This document shows positions 22,791 through 33,870 of a stretch of 64,000 bases of DNA, piece by piece. Source of the stretch: Malacoraja senta (taxonomy: Eukaryota); the NCBI GenBank assembly GCA_038087875.1, contig CM075995.1, forward strand, positions 6,078,001 to 6,142,000, given 5' to 3'. A model generated the notes under the pieces. The model saw only the letters and a list, made by a program, of their open reading frames with translations, was not told the origin of the DNA and searched no databases. The first letter of the stretch is position 1, and each line of letters begins with the position of its first letter. The translations under genes and the position numbers were made by a program.

Positions 22791-25700
22791 AAGAAAAAAA
22801 ATAACCGTCATCTTTTATCCAATTCTAACATGATGCACAAATTTATGTCTGCATGCGTGGTTTAATTGTAGCTTTGCGCTGTGCCTGACAACTATTACCA
22901 TATAACCATAACAGCACGGAAACAGGCCATCTCGGCCCTTCAAGTCCGTGCCGAACACTTTTTTTTTAAACTTCCCCCTAGTCCCATCAACCTGCACTCA
23001 GACCATAACCCTCCATTCCTTTCCCGTCCATATACCCATCCAATCTATTATTAAAGGATAAAATCGAACCTGCCTCCACCACTTCTACTGGAAGCTCATT
23101 CCACAGAGCTCCAACTCTCTGAGTAAAGAAGTTCCCCCTCATGTTACCCCTAAACTTCTGTCCCTTAATTCTCAAGTCATGTCCCCTTGTTTGAATCTTC
23201 CCTACTCTCAATGGGAAAAGCTTATCCACGTCCACTCTGTCTAACCGGCTCATAATTTTAAAGACCTCTATCAAGTCCCCTCTTAACCTTCTGCGCTCCA
23301 AAGAATAAAGACCTAACTTGTTCAACCTTTCTCTGTAACTTAGTTGCTGAAACCCAGGCCACATTCTAGTAAATCTCCTCTGTACTCTCTCTATTTTGTT
23401 GACATCCTTCCTATAATTAGGCAACCAAAATTGTACTCCATACTCCAGAATTGGCCTCACCAATCCCTTGTACAATTTTAACATTACATCCCAACTTCTA
23501 TATTCAATGCTCTGATTTATAAAGGCCAGCACACCAAAAGCTTTCTTTACCACCCTATCTACATGAGATTCCACCTTCAGGGAACTATGCACAGTTATTC
23601 CTAGATCACTCTGGTCAACTGCATTCCTCAATTCGCTACCATTTACCATGTACGTCCTATTTTGATTTGTCCTGCCGAGATGTAGCACCTCACATTTATC
23701 AGCATTAAACTCCATCTGCCATCTTTCAGCCCACTCTTCCAAATGGCCTAAATCTCTCTGTAGACTTTGAAAATCTACTTCATTATCCACAACACCACCT
23801 ATCTTAGTATCATCTGCATACTTACTAATCCAATTTTCCACACCATCATCCAGATCATTGATGTACATGACAAACAACAGTGGACCCAACACAGACCCCT
23901 GAGGCACCCCACTAGTCACCGGCCTCCAACCTGACAAACAGCCATCCACCATTACTCTCTGGCATCTCCCATTCAGCCACTGTTGAATCCATCTTGCAAC
24001 TCCACCATTAATACCCAACAATTGAATCTTCTTAACCAACCTTCCATGAGGAACCTTGTCAAAGGCCTTACTGAAGTCCATATAGACAACATCCACTGCT
24101 TTACCCTCATCAATTTCCCTAGTAACCTCTTCGAAAAATTCAAGAAGATTAGTCAAACATGACCTTCCAGGCACAAATCCATGTTGACTGTTCCTGATCA
24201 GACCCGGCTTATCCAGATGCTTATATATATTATCTTTAAGTATCCTTTCCATTAATTTGCCCACCACTGACGTCAAACTAACAGGTCTATAATTGCTAGG
24301 TTTACTCTTAGAACCCTTTTTAAACAACGGAACAACATGCGCAGTACGCCAATCCTCCGGCACTATTCCCGTTTCTAATGACATTTGAAATATTTCTGTC
24401 ATAGCCCCTGCTATTCCTACACTAACTTCCCTCAATGTCCTAGGGAATATCCTGTCAGGACCTGGAGACTTATCCGTTTTCATATTTTTCAAAAGTGTCC
24501 GCACTTCCTCTTCTTTGAATCTCACAGTTTCCATTGCTACTCTGCTTGTTTCCCTTACCTCACATAATTCCATATCCTTCTCCTTGGTGAATACCAAAGA
24601 AAATAAATTGTTCAATATCTCCCCCATCTCTTTTGGCTCTGCAGATAGCTGTCCACTCTGACTCTCTAATGGACCAATTGTATTCCTTGTGATCCTTTTG
24701 CTATTAATATAGCTGTAGAAACCCTTTGGATTTACTTTCAACTTACTTGCCAAAGCAACCTCATATCTTTTAGCTTTTCTAATTTCTTTCTTAATATTCT
24801 TTTTACATTCTTTATACTCCTCAAGCACCTCATTTACTCCATGCTGCCTATAATTATTGTAGATCTCTCTCTTTTTCCGAACCGTCCAATTTCCCTTGAA
24901 AACCATGGCTCTTTCCAATTTTTACTATTTCCTTTCAACCGAACAGGGACATAAAGATTCTGCACTCTTAAAATGTCACCCTTAAATATCCTCCGTTTCT
25001 CTTCTACATCCTTCCCATAAAACAACATGTCCCAATTCACTCCTTTTAAATCCTTCTGCATCTCCTCAAAGTTAGCCTTTCTCCAATCAAAAATCTCAAC
25101 CCTAGGTCCAGTTCTGACCCTCTCCATAATTATATTGAAACTAATGGTATTGTGATCACTGGACCCGAAGTGCTCCCGGACGCATACCTCCGCCACCTGC
25201 CCTGTCTCATTTCCTAACAGGAGGTCCAGCACTGGCCCTTCTCTAGTAGGTACCTCTATGTATTGCTGCAAAAAACTATCCTGCACACATTTTACAAACT
25301 CCAAACCATCCAGCCCTTTTACAGAATGTGTTTCCCAGTCTATGTGTGGAAAATTGAAATCTCCCACAATCACTACCTTGTGCTTACTACTAATATCTGC
25401 TATCTCCTTACATATTTGCTCTTCCAATTCTTGCTTCCCATTTGGCGGTCTATAATACACCCCTATAAGTGTTGCTACACCTTTCCCATTTCTCAGTTCC
25501 ACCCAAATAGCCTCCCGAGACGAGCCCTCTAATCTATCCTGCCAAAGCACTGCTGTAATATCTTCCTTGACAAGCAATGCAATACCCCCACCTCTTGCCC
25601 CTCCAATTCTATCACCCCTAAAGCAACGAAATCCTGGAATATATAGTTTCCAATCACAGCCCTCCTTCAACCATGTTTCACTGATCGCCACAACATCATA

Positions 25701-25922
25701 CTTCCAGGTGTCAATCCAGGCTCTAAGCTCATCCACCTTTCTTACAATGCTCCTAGCATTAAAATATACACATTTAAGAAACCCACCACCACTTATTCGA
25801 TGTTTATTATCTTTTTCTTCTTTCTCCCCTACATTTTGGGTCTGAGTGCTTCCCTTCTCTGCCTCCTGCCTCCCACATTTTCTGCTAGCTTTCTCTATTT
25901 TAGTCCCCCCCCCCCAACCGTT

Positions 25923-26855
25923 CTAGTTTAAAGTCTCCCCAGTAGCCTTTGCAAATCTCCCCGCCATGATATTGGTCCCCCTCGGGTTCAAGTGCAACCC
26001 GTCCTTTCTGTACAGGTCACACCTTCCCCAAAAGAGGTCCCAATGATCCAGAAATTTGAATCCCTGCCCGCTGCACCAGTTCCTCAGCCACGCATTTATC
26101 CTCCATCTCATTCCATTCCTACTCTCACTGTCGCGGGGCACAGGTAGTAATCCTGAGATTGTTACCTTTGCGGTCCTCCTTAACGCTCCTCCCAACTCCC
26201 AAAATTCTCCTTTCAGGACCTCTTCTCTTTTTCTGCCTATGTCATTGGTACCTATATGTACCACAACCTCAGGCTCCTCTCCCTCCGATTTCAGGATATC
26301 TTGGACACGTTCAGACACATCCCTGACCCTGGCACCAGGGAGGCAAACTACCACCCGGGTCTCCTGACTGCACCCACAGAATCGCCTCTCCGACCCCCTA
26401 ACCATAGAGTCCCCTATTACTATTGCCCTCCTCTTCTTTTCCCTACCCTTCTGAGCAACAGGGCCGGTCTCTGTGCCGGAGGCCCGGCTGCTGTCGCAAC
26501 CCCCAGAAAGGCTGTCCCCCCCAACAGTACTCAAACAGGAGTACTTATTTTCAAGGTGTACAGCCACCGGGGTACTCACTAGTCCCTGCCTCTGCCCCTT
26601 GCCCTTCCTAACCGTGACCCACTTGTCTGCCTCCCGTGGTCTTGGAGTGGCCACCTCCCTATAACTCCTCTCTATGACCTCCTCACTCTCCCTGATCAGA
26701 CAGAGGTCATCAAGCTGCTGCTCCAGGTTCCTAACACGGTCCCTTAGGAACCCCATCTCGACGCTCCTGGCACAGATGTGGACGTCTGGAGGGGTATCAG
26801 ACTCCATGACCTCCCACATCTGACATCCAGAACAGTAAACTGCCCTGGCCCTCAT
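25923..26855 (-). CDS. CR1 ORF1p: N-terminal Cys/coiled-coil region plus SGNH/GDSL esterase
   Basis: CxxC, LEQQLDDL, GDSMVRG, HIGTND and DGLHLN motifs; ATG start. Confidence 0.85.
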   Translation of the reverse strand: MRARAVYCSGCQMWEVMESDTPPDVHICARSVEMGFLRDRVRNLEQQLDDLCLIRESEEVIERSYREVATPRPREADKWVTVRKGKGQRQGLVSTPVAVHLENKYSCLSTVGGDSLSGGCDSSRASGTETGPVAQKGREKKRRAIVIGDSMVRGSERRFCGCSQETRVVVCLPGARVRDVSERVQDILKSEGEEPEVVVHIGTNDIGRKREEVLKGEFWELGGALRRTAKVTISGLLPVPRDSESRNGMRWRINAWLRNWCSGQGFKFLDHWDLFWGRCDLYRKDGLHLNPRGTNIMAGRFAKATGETLN

Positions 26856-27061
26856 TCTCCCCCCTTACCCTGGATACAATACAAAGCCTTACCCTGGATA
26901 TAATACAAACTGGTGGAGGAAATCAGCAGGGATCTGACTCCCAATCAGCTGCTTCCTCTTAGTCCTCTTCCACCAATCAGCTGCTTCCTCTTAGTCCTCT
27001 TCCACCAATCAGTGGCTTCCTCACTTATATGAAACGTGAATGCAATGTTGCAGTTTGGGGT

Positions 27062-27293
27062 TCCTCCTCCTGCAACGGTCCCTGGGCCTCTGGAAAGTAA
27101 AGCCCGCGCCGCTCCTCCTGCAACAGTCCCTGGGCCTCTGGAAAGCAAAGCCCCGCGCCGTTTATCTACTCACCACCTGGACGCCGCTCCTCCTCCTGCA
27201 ACGGTCCCTGGGCCTCTGGAAAGTAAAGCTCCGCGCCGTTTATCTACTCACCACCCGGACGCCGCTCCTCCTGCAACGGTCCCTGGGCCTCTG
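27062..27293 (-). repeat. Tandem CpG-rich 5' monomers of CR1-A (periods 48, 78, 75)
   Basis: tgcaac(g/a)gtccctgggcctctg recurs at 27071, 27119, 27197 and 27272. Confidence 0.9.
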
Positions 27294-27389
27294 TTCCAAG
27301 TTGTGAAAAATACATCCCAACTAAACACTGCTGCCCCCTCTCCTTGCTTTGGACCTGATGTAACTGGCTGTTGGTGGGATCCCAGGATC

Positions 27390-27980
27390 TAATCCAGAAC
27401 ATGGGATGTAATGTTGAGGCTCTACAAGGCCCAGATAAGGCCGCATTTGGATTATTGTGAGAAATTTTGTGCACCATATCTGAGGAAGGATGTGCTGGCT
27501 ATGGAGAGGGTCCAGAGGAGGTTGTCAAGAATGATCCCAGGAATGAGTACCTATGATGAGTGTTTGTCGGCACTGGGCCTGTACTCCCTGGAGTTTAGAA
27601 GAATGAGGGGGACCTCAATGAAACATACAGAATAGTGAAAGGCTTGGATAGAGTGGGCATGGAGACGATGTTTCCACTAGTGGGAGAGTCTGGGATTAGA
27701 GGTCATAGCCTCAGATTTAAAGGAGTTTCTTTTAGGATGAGGAGACATTTCTTGTCAGAGGGTGGTGAATCTGTGGAATTCTTTGCCACAGACGGCTATA
27801 GAGGCCAAGTCAGTGGATACTTTTAAGGCAGAGATGGATAGATTCTTGATTAGTGCAGGTGTCAGAGGTTATGGGGAGAAGGCAAGAGAATAGGGTTAAG
27901 AGGGAGATATAGATCAGCCATAATTGAATGGCGGAGTAGACTTGTTCGGCCGAATGGCCTAATTCTACTACTTATGACCT
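27390..27980 (+). mobile_element. Older CR1 3' fragment
   Basis: RPHLDYC and [12 protein letters not shown] motifs, CR1 3' UTR. Confidence 0.8.
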
Positions 27981-29257
27981 TAAGGCAAGCAAGATCCCAC
28001 CTACACCAGCTCCAAAACTGTGGACATTGTTTAATACTGGGTTATAACTCGTCCACATAACCTTAGGTTAATTCATATTGTCCAGTTTGAGTTTAGTTTA
28101 TTGTCGAGTGTACTGAGTTACAGAGAAAAGCTTTTGTTGCGTGCTAACCAGTTAGCAGCAAGACAATCCACGATTACAATCGAGCCAAACACAGTGTACA
28201 GTGATAAAGGGAATAACGTAAATAACGTTTAGTGCAAGATAAAGTTTAGTATAGTCCGATCAAAGATAGTCTGAATGTCTCCAAGGAGGTAGATAGTAGC
28301 TCAGGACTGCTCTCTAGTTACTGGTAGCATGGTTCAGTTGCCTGATAACAGCTGAGAAGAAATTGCCCCTGAATCTGGAGATATGCATTTTCACATTTCA
28401 ATACATTTTGCCCGATGGAAGAGGGGAGAAGAGGGGGGCGACTCGTCCTTGATTATGCTGCTGGCTTTGCCGAGGCAGCATGAGGTGTAAATGGAGTCAA
28501 TGGAAGTGAAGGTGGTTTGTGTGATGGTCTAACTGTTGGCAATAATTTGTGTTTATAAATAACCATTAACATTGTAAAACGCCCGAGTATTTCACAAGAG
28601 TGTTAGGGGAATCTTCGTCAAAGGGATGAATTCTATGGAGCATCTTAGAGGAGAGAGAGAGACGGAAAAGGTTAGGGAGGCAACTCCAGGGAGCCAAAGG
28701 CCCAGTGACCGATGGTGGAATGCCTACAGAAGACCTGAAGTGGAAGAATCACAAGATGACACAACTGGAGAAGATTTTAGCATATAAAGTGCCCTTGAAG
28801 GTATTTGATTATGAAGAAATTCATGTGGAATTAATGGCCTGAAGCAGTGCTGGGCAGGTGTGCTGCATTTTCTGCATGGCTCTCCATCTCTGAACAGCTA
28901 TCGGGAGATGAATATCAGGTCAGGTTCCCCCCCCCCACCAGAAGTTGAACCATTGTTCTCATTATGGAAAACTTGACATGCAGTTGAGTTGTGACTTGGG
29001 ATCTTGTCACATTGGTAACGCAAACTGGTCTTTTCTGTTTGAATGTTTGCGATGAGTATCAGTAGGTACGTTTATTTTCAATATATGACTCTTAATAGTA
29101 TTCTGAGTTTCTTCTCCTAATCACCTGCTCATGCTCATTCTGGGAATCCCTTGGAGATACTGAGTAAGCATAATTTTATAACCAGAGCAACTGAGATCAG
29201 TGTGCTGGGAAACCTGTTCGCAATTCGTTATGATTTAAACAAAAAGTAAAAGTGCTT

Positions 29258-29912
29258 CTGTAGGAAGGAACTGCAGATGCTGGTTTACACCGAAGATAGA
29301 CACAAAATGCTGGAGTAACTCAGCGGGACAGGCAGCATCTCTGGAGAGAAGGAATACGTGATGTTTCAAGTCAAGATCTCTGAAGAAGGGTCTCGAACCG
29401 AAACGCCTCTCATTCTTTCTCTCCATAGATACTGCATGTTCCACTGAGTTAAGGGCCTGTCCCACGAGCATGCGACTGCATGCGGCAAGCTCGACCTAAC
29501 GTGGTCGCTTGAGCCGTACGGCCTCGCGGGGCCGGTCCCACTTCGATCGCCGGAGCTGTATGGAGTTGTGCTCCGCAAAACTGACTGTTCAAACATTCCG
29601 CGCGGCAATGGCCTGCCGGGCCGCAGCCGCCTCGACACCATACGCACCGCCTCGACGGGCGTACGCAGCGTCTTGACGCCGTACGTCACGAGCGAACTTC
29701 GTTCGAACTTCACGTCACGAACGAACTTCACTCGAACTTCACGTCACTCACTCGACCTCCGCGCGGCCCCCGCTTCCGGTTTGGTCGTGCTTGCCGCATG
29801 CAGTCGCATGCTGGTGGGACCGGCCCTGTACGGGGATCACTCGACCTCCGCGCGGCCCCCGCTTCCGGTTTCGTCGCGCTTGCCGTATGCTCGTGGGACA
29901 GGCCCTTTACTC
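29258..29912. mobile_element. Penelope-like palindromic insertion interrupted by a MITE
   Basis: 14-bp TSD AAGTAAAAGTGCTT at 29244-29257 and 29913-29926; inverted arms; degenerate hammerhead core at 29380-29407. Confidence 0.75.
29452..29906. mobile_element. PIF/Harbinger-type MITE
   Basis: TIR AGGGCCTGTCCCACGAGCAT; TTA TSD at 29449-29451 and 29907-29909; CpG-rich; internal duplication of the right subterminal region. Confidence 0.88.
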
Positions 29913-31132
29913 AAGTAAAAGTGCTTACTGCACAGTGCTGCCATTCTCACTGTCTTTCGGAGAGGCTTTCCTAGTCATGAAAGCCTCAGATTCTTACCTT
30001 GAGACATTTAGTTCTTAGCAGGAACACTTTTAAACAACTCAGAACTAGGATTAGATGTGAGTACGATTCTATTTAACTGAGTTTTTGAAAAGCCTGCAGC
30101 AGTTCTCGGGGTAGCTGTACTCATTGCCGCTCCTAGGAGCTTACTGCAAGGAAACCCTTTGAGATGAAGCAGAATTTATTTTCTAGTTAAATAAGCAGAA
30201 ATCTTACTTAACTGGAAATTGATTCTGGTTCATCTCAGCACTGAAGAGGCAGCCTATTAGCATGTAAAGTAATTTATTAAGTGTCATTACTCCTGAACTG
30301 CTGAGTGATTCTGTTTTTCCACTCCCACTGAAACACCAGGAATGAATCAGAGTTCACCCGCTCTGTGAGATTTCTGCTTTGGAGTGAAACTCCTACGGTC
30401 CTGTCTCAATCATCCTACCATTATCATGTTGCCACTCACACAACCAGTGATGATTTTCAGCACTTGAAATGAAAACTTCTTTTTTTTTTAAAGGCTTTTT
30501 TTTGTTTGCAAGCGTGTAATCGGTTCTGCATCTTGGGGGAGTGGATGGTAGGGGGGAGGTTGTAAGCAGAGGATGCATTTCTGAACTTTAAATTTACTAA
30601 CTTTTGAAACACCCAGTTTCTTCTGCAGGCAAATGAGCAACTGACACTAGGAGTTGGTAACATTACCAGTAGAAACATTGTGATCATGCTGAACTGCCAG
30701 ACATCTTCCCTAAAACAATGGTAGACCAATTCAAACCAAACAGCAATTGACAAGTTATTTTGCAAGAAAGATTACCAATTGCAATTTTAGCAGACGTGTT
30801 GTAGAATGTATAGAATACTCCTGGATGTCCTGGTTTTCCAATTAGGAAACAGGTATATTTGGAGAGTACAAAAACTCCTGGTTCCACAATAATACCTTGA
30901 GATTCCCTCTGCCAGTCCCACACAGCACCACGTGCCCACAGTCCAAGCACCAGTCATTGCTTTTCCCATTCTCAGCTGAATCTGTGCCAGCCAACATTCC
31001 TCAGTTGCTGAGCTGTTTTTCAACTCCCTGCTGCAATCAAATAGGGTGCTGTGAGAGAGAAATGGCAAGAGCTCATCAGTAATTGGCACAGCCTCACAGC
31101 AAGAATTTACAGACTTTGCTGATTCTGATTAT

Positions 31133-33870
31133 TAGTTTAGATATACAGTACAGCGTGGAAACAGGGCCTTCAGCCCACCGAGCCCACGCCAACTAGCGAT
31201 GCCCGTACACGAACACTATCCTACACACTAGGGACAATTTATACTTTTTACCAAAGCCAAAATAACCTCATCGTAATAAGGTGGTTGAATTGAATGCGCA
31301 GTTAGTAGTTAAGGAATTTGATATAGTTGAAATTACGGAGACATGCCTCCAGGGTGACCAAGGCTGGGAGCTAAACATGCAGGGACATTCAATATTCAGG
31401 AAGGATAGACAGAAAGGAAGAGGAGGTGGGGTGGCATTACTGGTTAAAGAGGAGATTCATGCAATAGCAAGGAGAGACATTCGCTTGGATGCTGTAGAAT
31501 CATCATGGGTAGAACTACAAAATAGCCAAGGGCAGAAAACGCTTGTTGGAGTCGTATACAGACCACCAAACAGCAGTAGGGAGGTTGGGGATAGCATCAA
31601 GCAGGAAATTAAGGATGCATGTAGCAAAGGTACAGCAGTTATCATGGGTGACTAATCTACATATAGATTGGGCCAACCAAATTGGTAACAGAGCTGAGGA
31701 GGATTTCCTGGAATGTATACGGACGGGGTGGTTTATTAAACCAATATGTAGAGGAACCGACAAGAGGACGGGCCATCCTAGACTGGGTATTGTGTAATGA
31801 GGAAGGATTAGTTAGCGATCTTGTGCAAAGCCCCTTGGGCAACAGTGATCATAATATGGTGGAATTCTGCATTAGGATGGAGAGTGACACAGTTAATTCA
31901 GGGACTAGGGTCCTGAACTTGAATAAAGGGGACTTTGAAGGTATGAGATGGGAATTGGCTAGGATAGACTGGCACATTATACTTAAAGGGTTGATGGTGG
32001 AGATGCAATGGCAAAGATTTAAAGACCGCATGGATGAACTCCAAAAATTGTACATCCCTGTCTGGCGAAAAAATAAAACGAGGAAGGCGGCTCAACCGTG
32101 GCTAACGAGGGAAATCAAGGATAGTGTTAAATCCAAGGAGGAGGCATATAAATTGGCCAAAGGAAGCAGCAAACCGGAGGACTGGGAGAAATTTAGAACT
32201 CAACAAAGGAGGACAAAGGAGTGGGGGGGTGGGGGGGGGGGGAGCATAAAAGAAAGCTTGCTGGGAATATAAAAACTGACTGTAAAAGCTGCTTTAGATA
32301 TGTAAAAAGGAAAAGATTAGTGAAAACAAATGTACGTCCATTGCAATCAGAGACAGGTGAATTTATAAAGGTAAACAAAGAAATGTCAGAACAGTTAAAT
32401 GAGTACTTTGGTTCTGTCTTTACTAAGGAAGACAAACAATCTCCCAGAAATACTAGGGGACCGAGGATCTAGTGGGAGGGAGGAACTGAAGGGAATCCAC
32501 ATTAGTCAGGAAATGGTGTTAGGTAAACTGTTGGGATTGAAGGCAGATAAATCCCCAGGGCCTGATGATCTGCATCCCAGAATACTCAAGGTGGCCCTAG
32601 AAATCATGGATGCATTGGTGATCATTTTCCAATGTTTTCTCGATTCTGGATCAGTTCCTGTGGACTGGAGGGTAGCCAATGTAACCCTGCTTTTTTAAGA
32701 AAGGAGGGAGAGAGAAAACGGGGAATTATAGACCAGTTAGCCATACATCAGTAGTGGGGAAGATGCTTGCGTCGATTATTAAAGATGTTATAGCAGCGCA
32801 TTCGGAAAGCAGTGACAGGATCGGTTAAAGTCAGAATTGATTTATGAAGGGGAAATCGTGCATGACTAATCTGGAATTTTTGGAGGATGTAACAAGTAGA
32901 ATGGATAAGGGAGAGCCAGTGGATGTGGTGTATCGACATTCAAAATGAAGCTTTTTACAAGGTCCCACACAAGAGATTAGTGTGCAAAATTAGACCACAT
33001 GGTATTGGGGCTAGGGTATTGACATGGATAGAGAATGGGTTGCAGACAGGAAGCAAAGAGTAGGAGTTAATGGGTCCTTTTCAGAATGGCAGGCAATGAT
33101 TAGGGCGTCGCAAGGCTCAGTGCTGGGACCCCAGTTATTTACAATATAAACGATTTAGACGAGGGAATTAAATGTGACATCTCCAAGTGCTGTGAAAAGG
33201 ATGCTATGAGGCTGCAGGGTGACTTGGATGGGTTGGTTAAGTGGGCAGATGCATGGCAGATTCAGTATAATGTGGATAAATGTGAGGTTATCCACTTTAG
33301 TGGCAAGAACAGGAAGGCAGATTATTATCTGAATGGTATCAGATTAGGAAAAGGGGGGGGGGGTGAAACGAGACCTGGGTGTGCTTGTATATCAGTCACT
33401 GAAAGTAAGCATGCAGGTACAGCAGGCAGTGAAGGAAGCCAATGGCCTTCATTGTGAGATAATTTGAGTTTAGGAGCAAGGAGGTCCTACTGCAGTTGTA
33501 CAGGGCCCTGGTGAGACCGCACCTGGTGTATTGTGTGCAATTTTGGTCTCCTAATTTGTGGAAGGACATTATTCCTATTGAGGGAGTGCAGTGTAGGTTC
33601 ACCAGGTTAATTCCCGGGATGGGGATGATTTAAGATGATCAGCCATGAACATATTGAATGGCTGGCTCGAAGGGCCAAATGGCCTACTCCTACTCCTGCA
33701 CCTATTTTTCAATGTTTCTAACCTACAAATCTCTATGTCTTTGGATTGTGGGAGGAAACCTGAGCACCTGTGGAAAACCCATGTGGTCACTGGAAGAATG
33801 TACAAACTCCATACAGACCACCCGAGGTCAGGATCAAAACCAGGTCTCTGGAGCTGTAAAGCAACCCTGT
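31133..33870 (-). mobile_element. tRNA SINE split by a CR1 insertion (pieces 31133-31268 and 33719-33870)
   Basis: The two pieces join to match the intact SINE at 36893-37192. Confidence 0.75.
31269..33718 (+). mobile_element. Decayed CR1 (EN+RT)
   Basis: EN and RT motifs with many frameshifts; TAACCT duplicated at 31263-31268 and 33719-33724. Confidence 0.88.

Larger units (their letters stand above)
22896..27293 (-). mobile_element. Near-full-length CR1 subfamily 'A'
   Basis: 5' tandem monomers, intact ORF1 at 26855-25923, ORF2 EN+RT with a frameshift near 24885, (TATGGTTA)n tail. Confidence 0.95.

Noticed and set aside
27062..27293. CRISPR-like repeat array
   Set aside because: Inter-repeat sequence is also repeated, the context is vertebrate, and it is the CR1 5' UTR.
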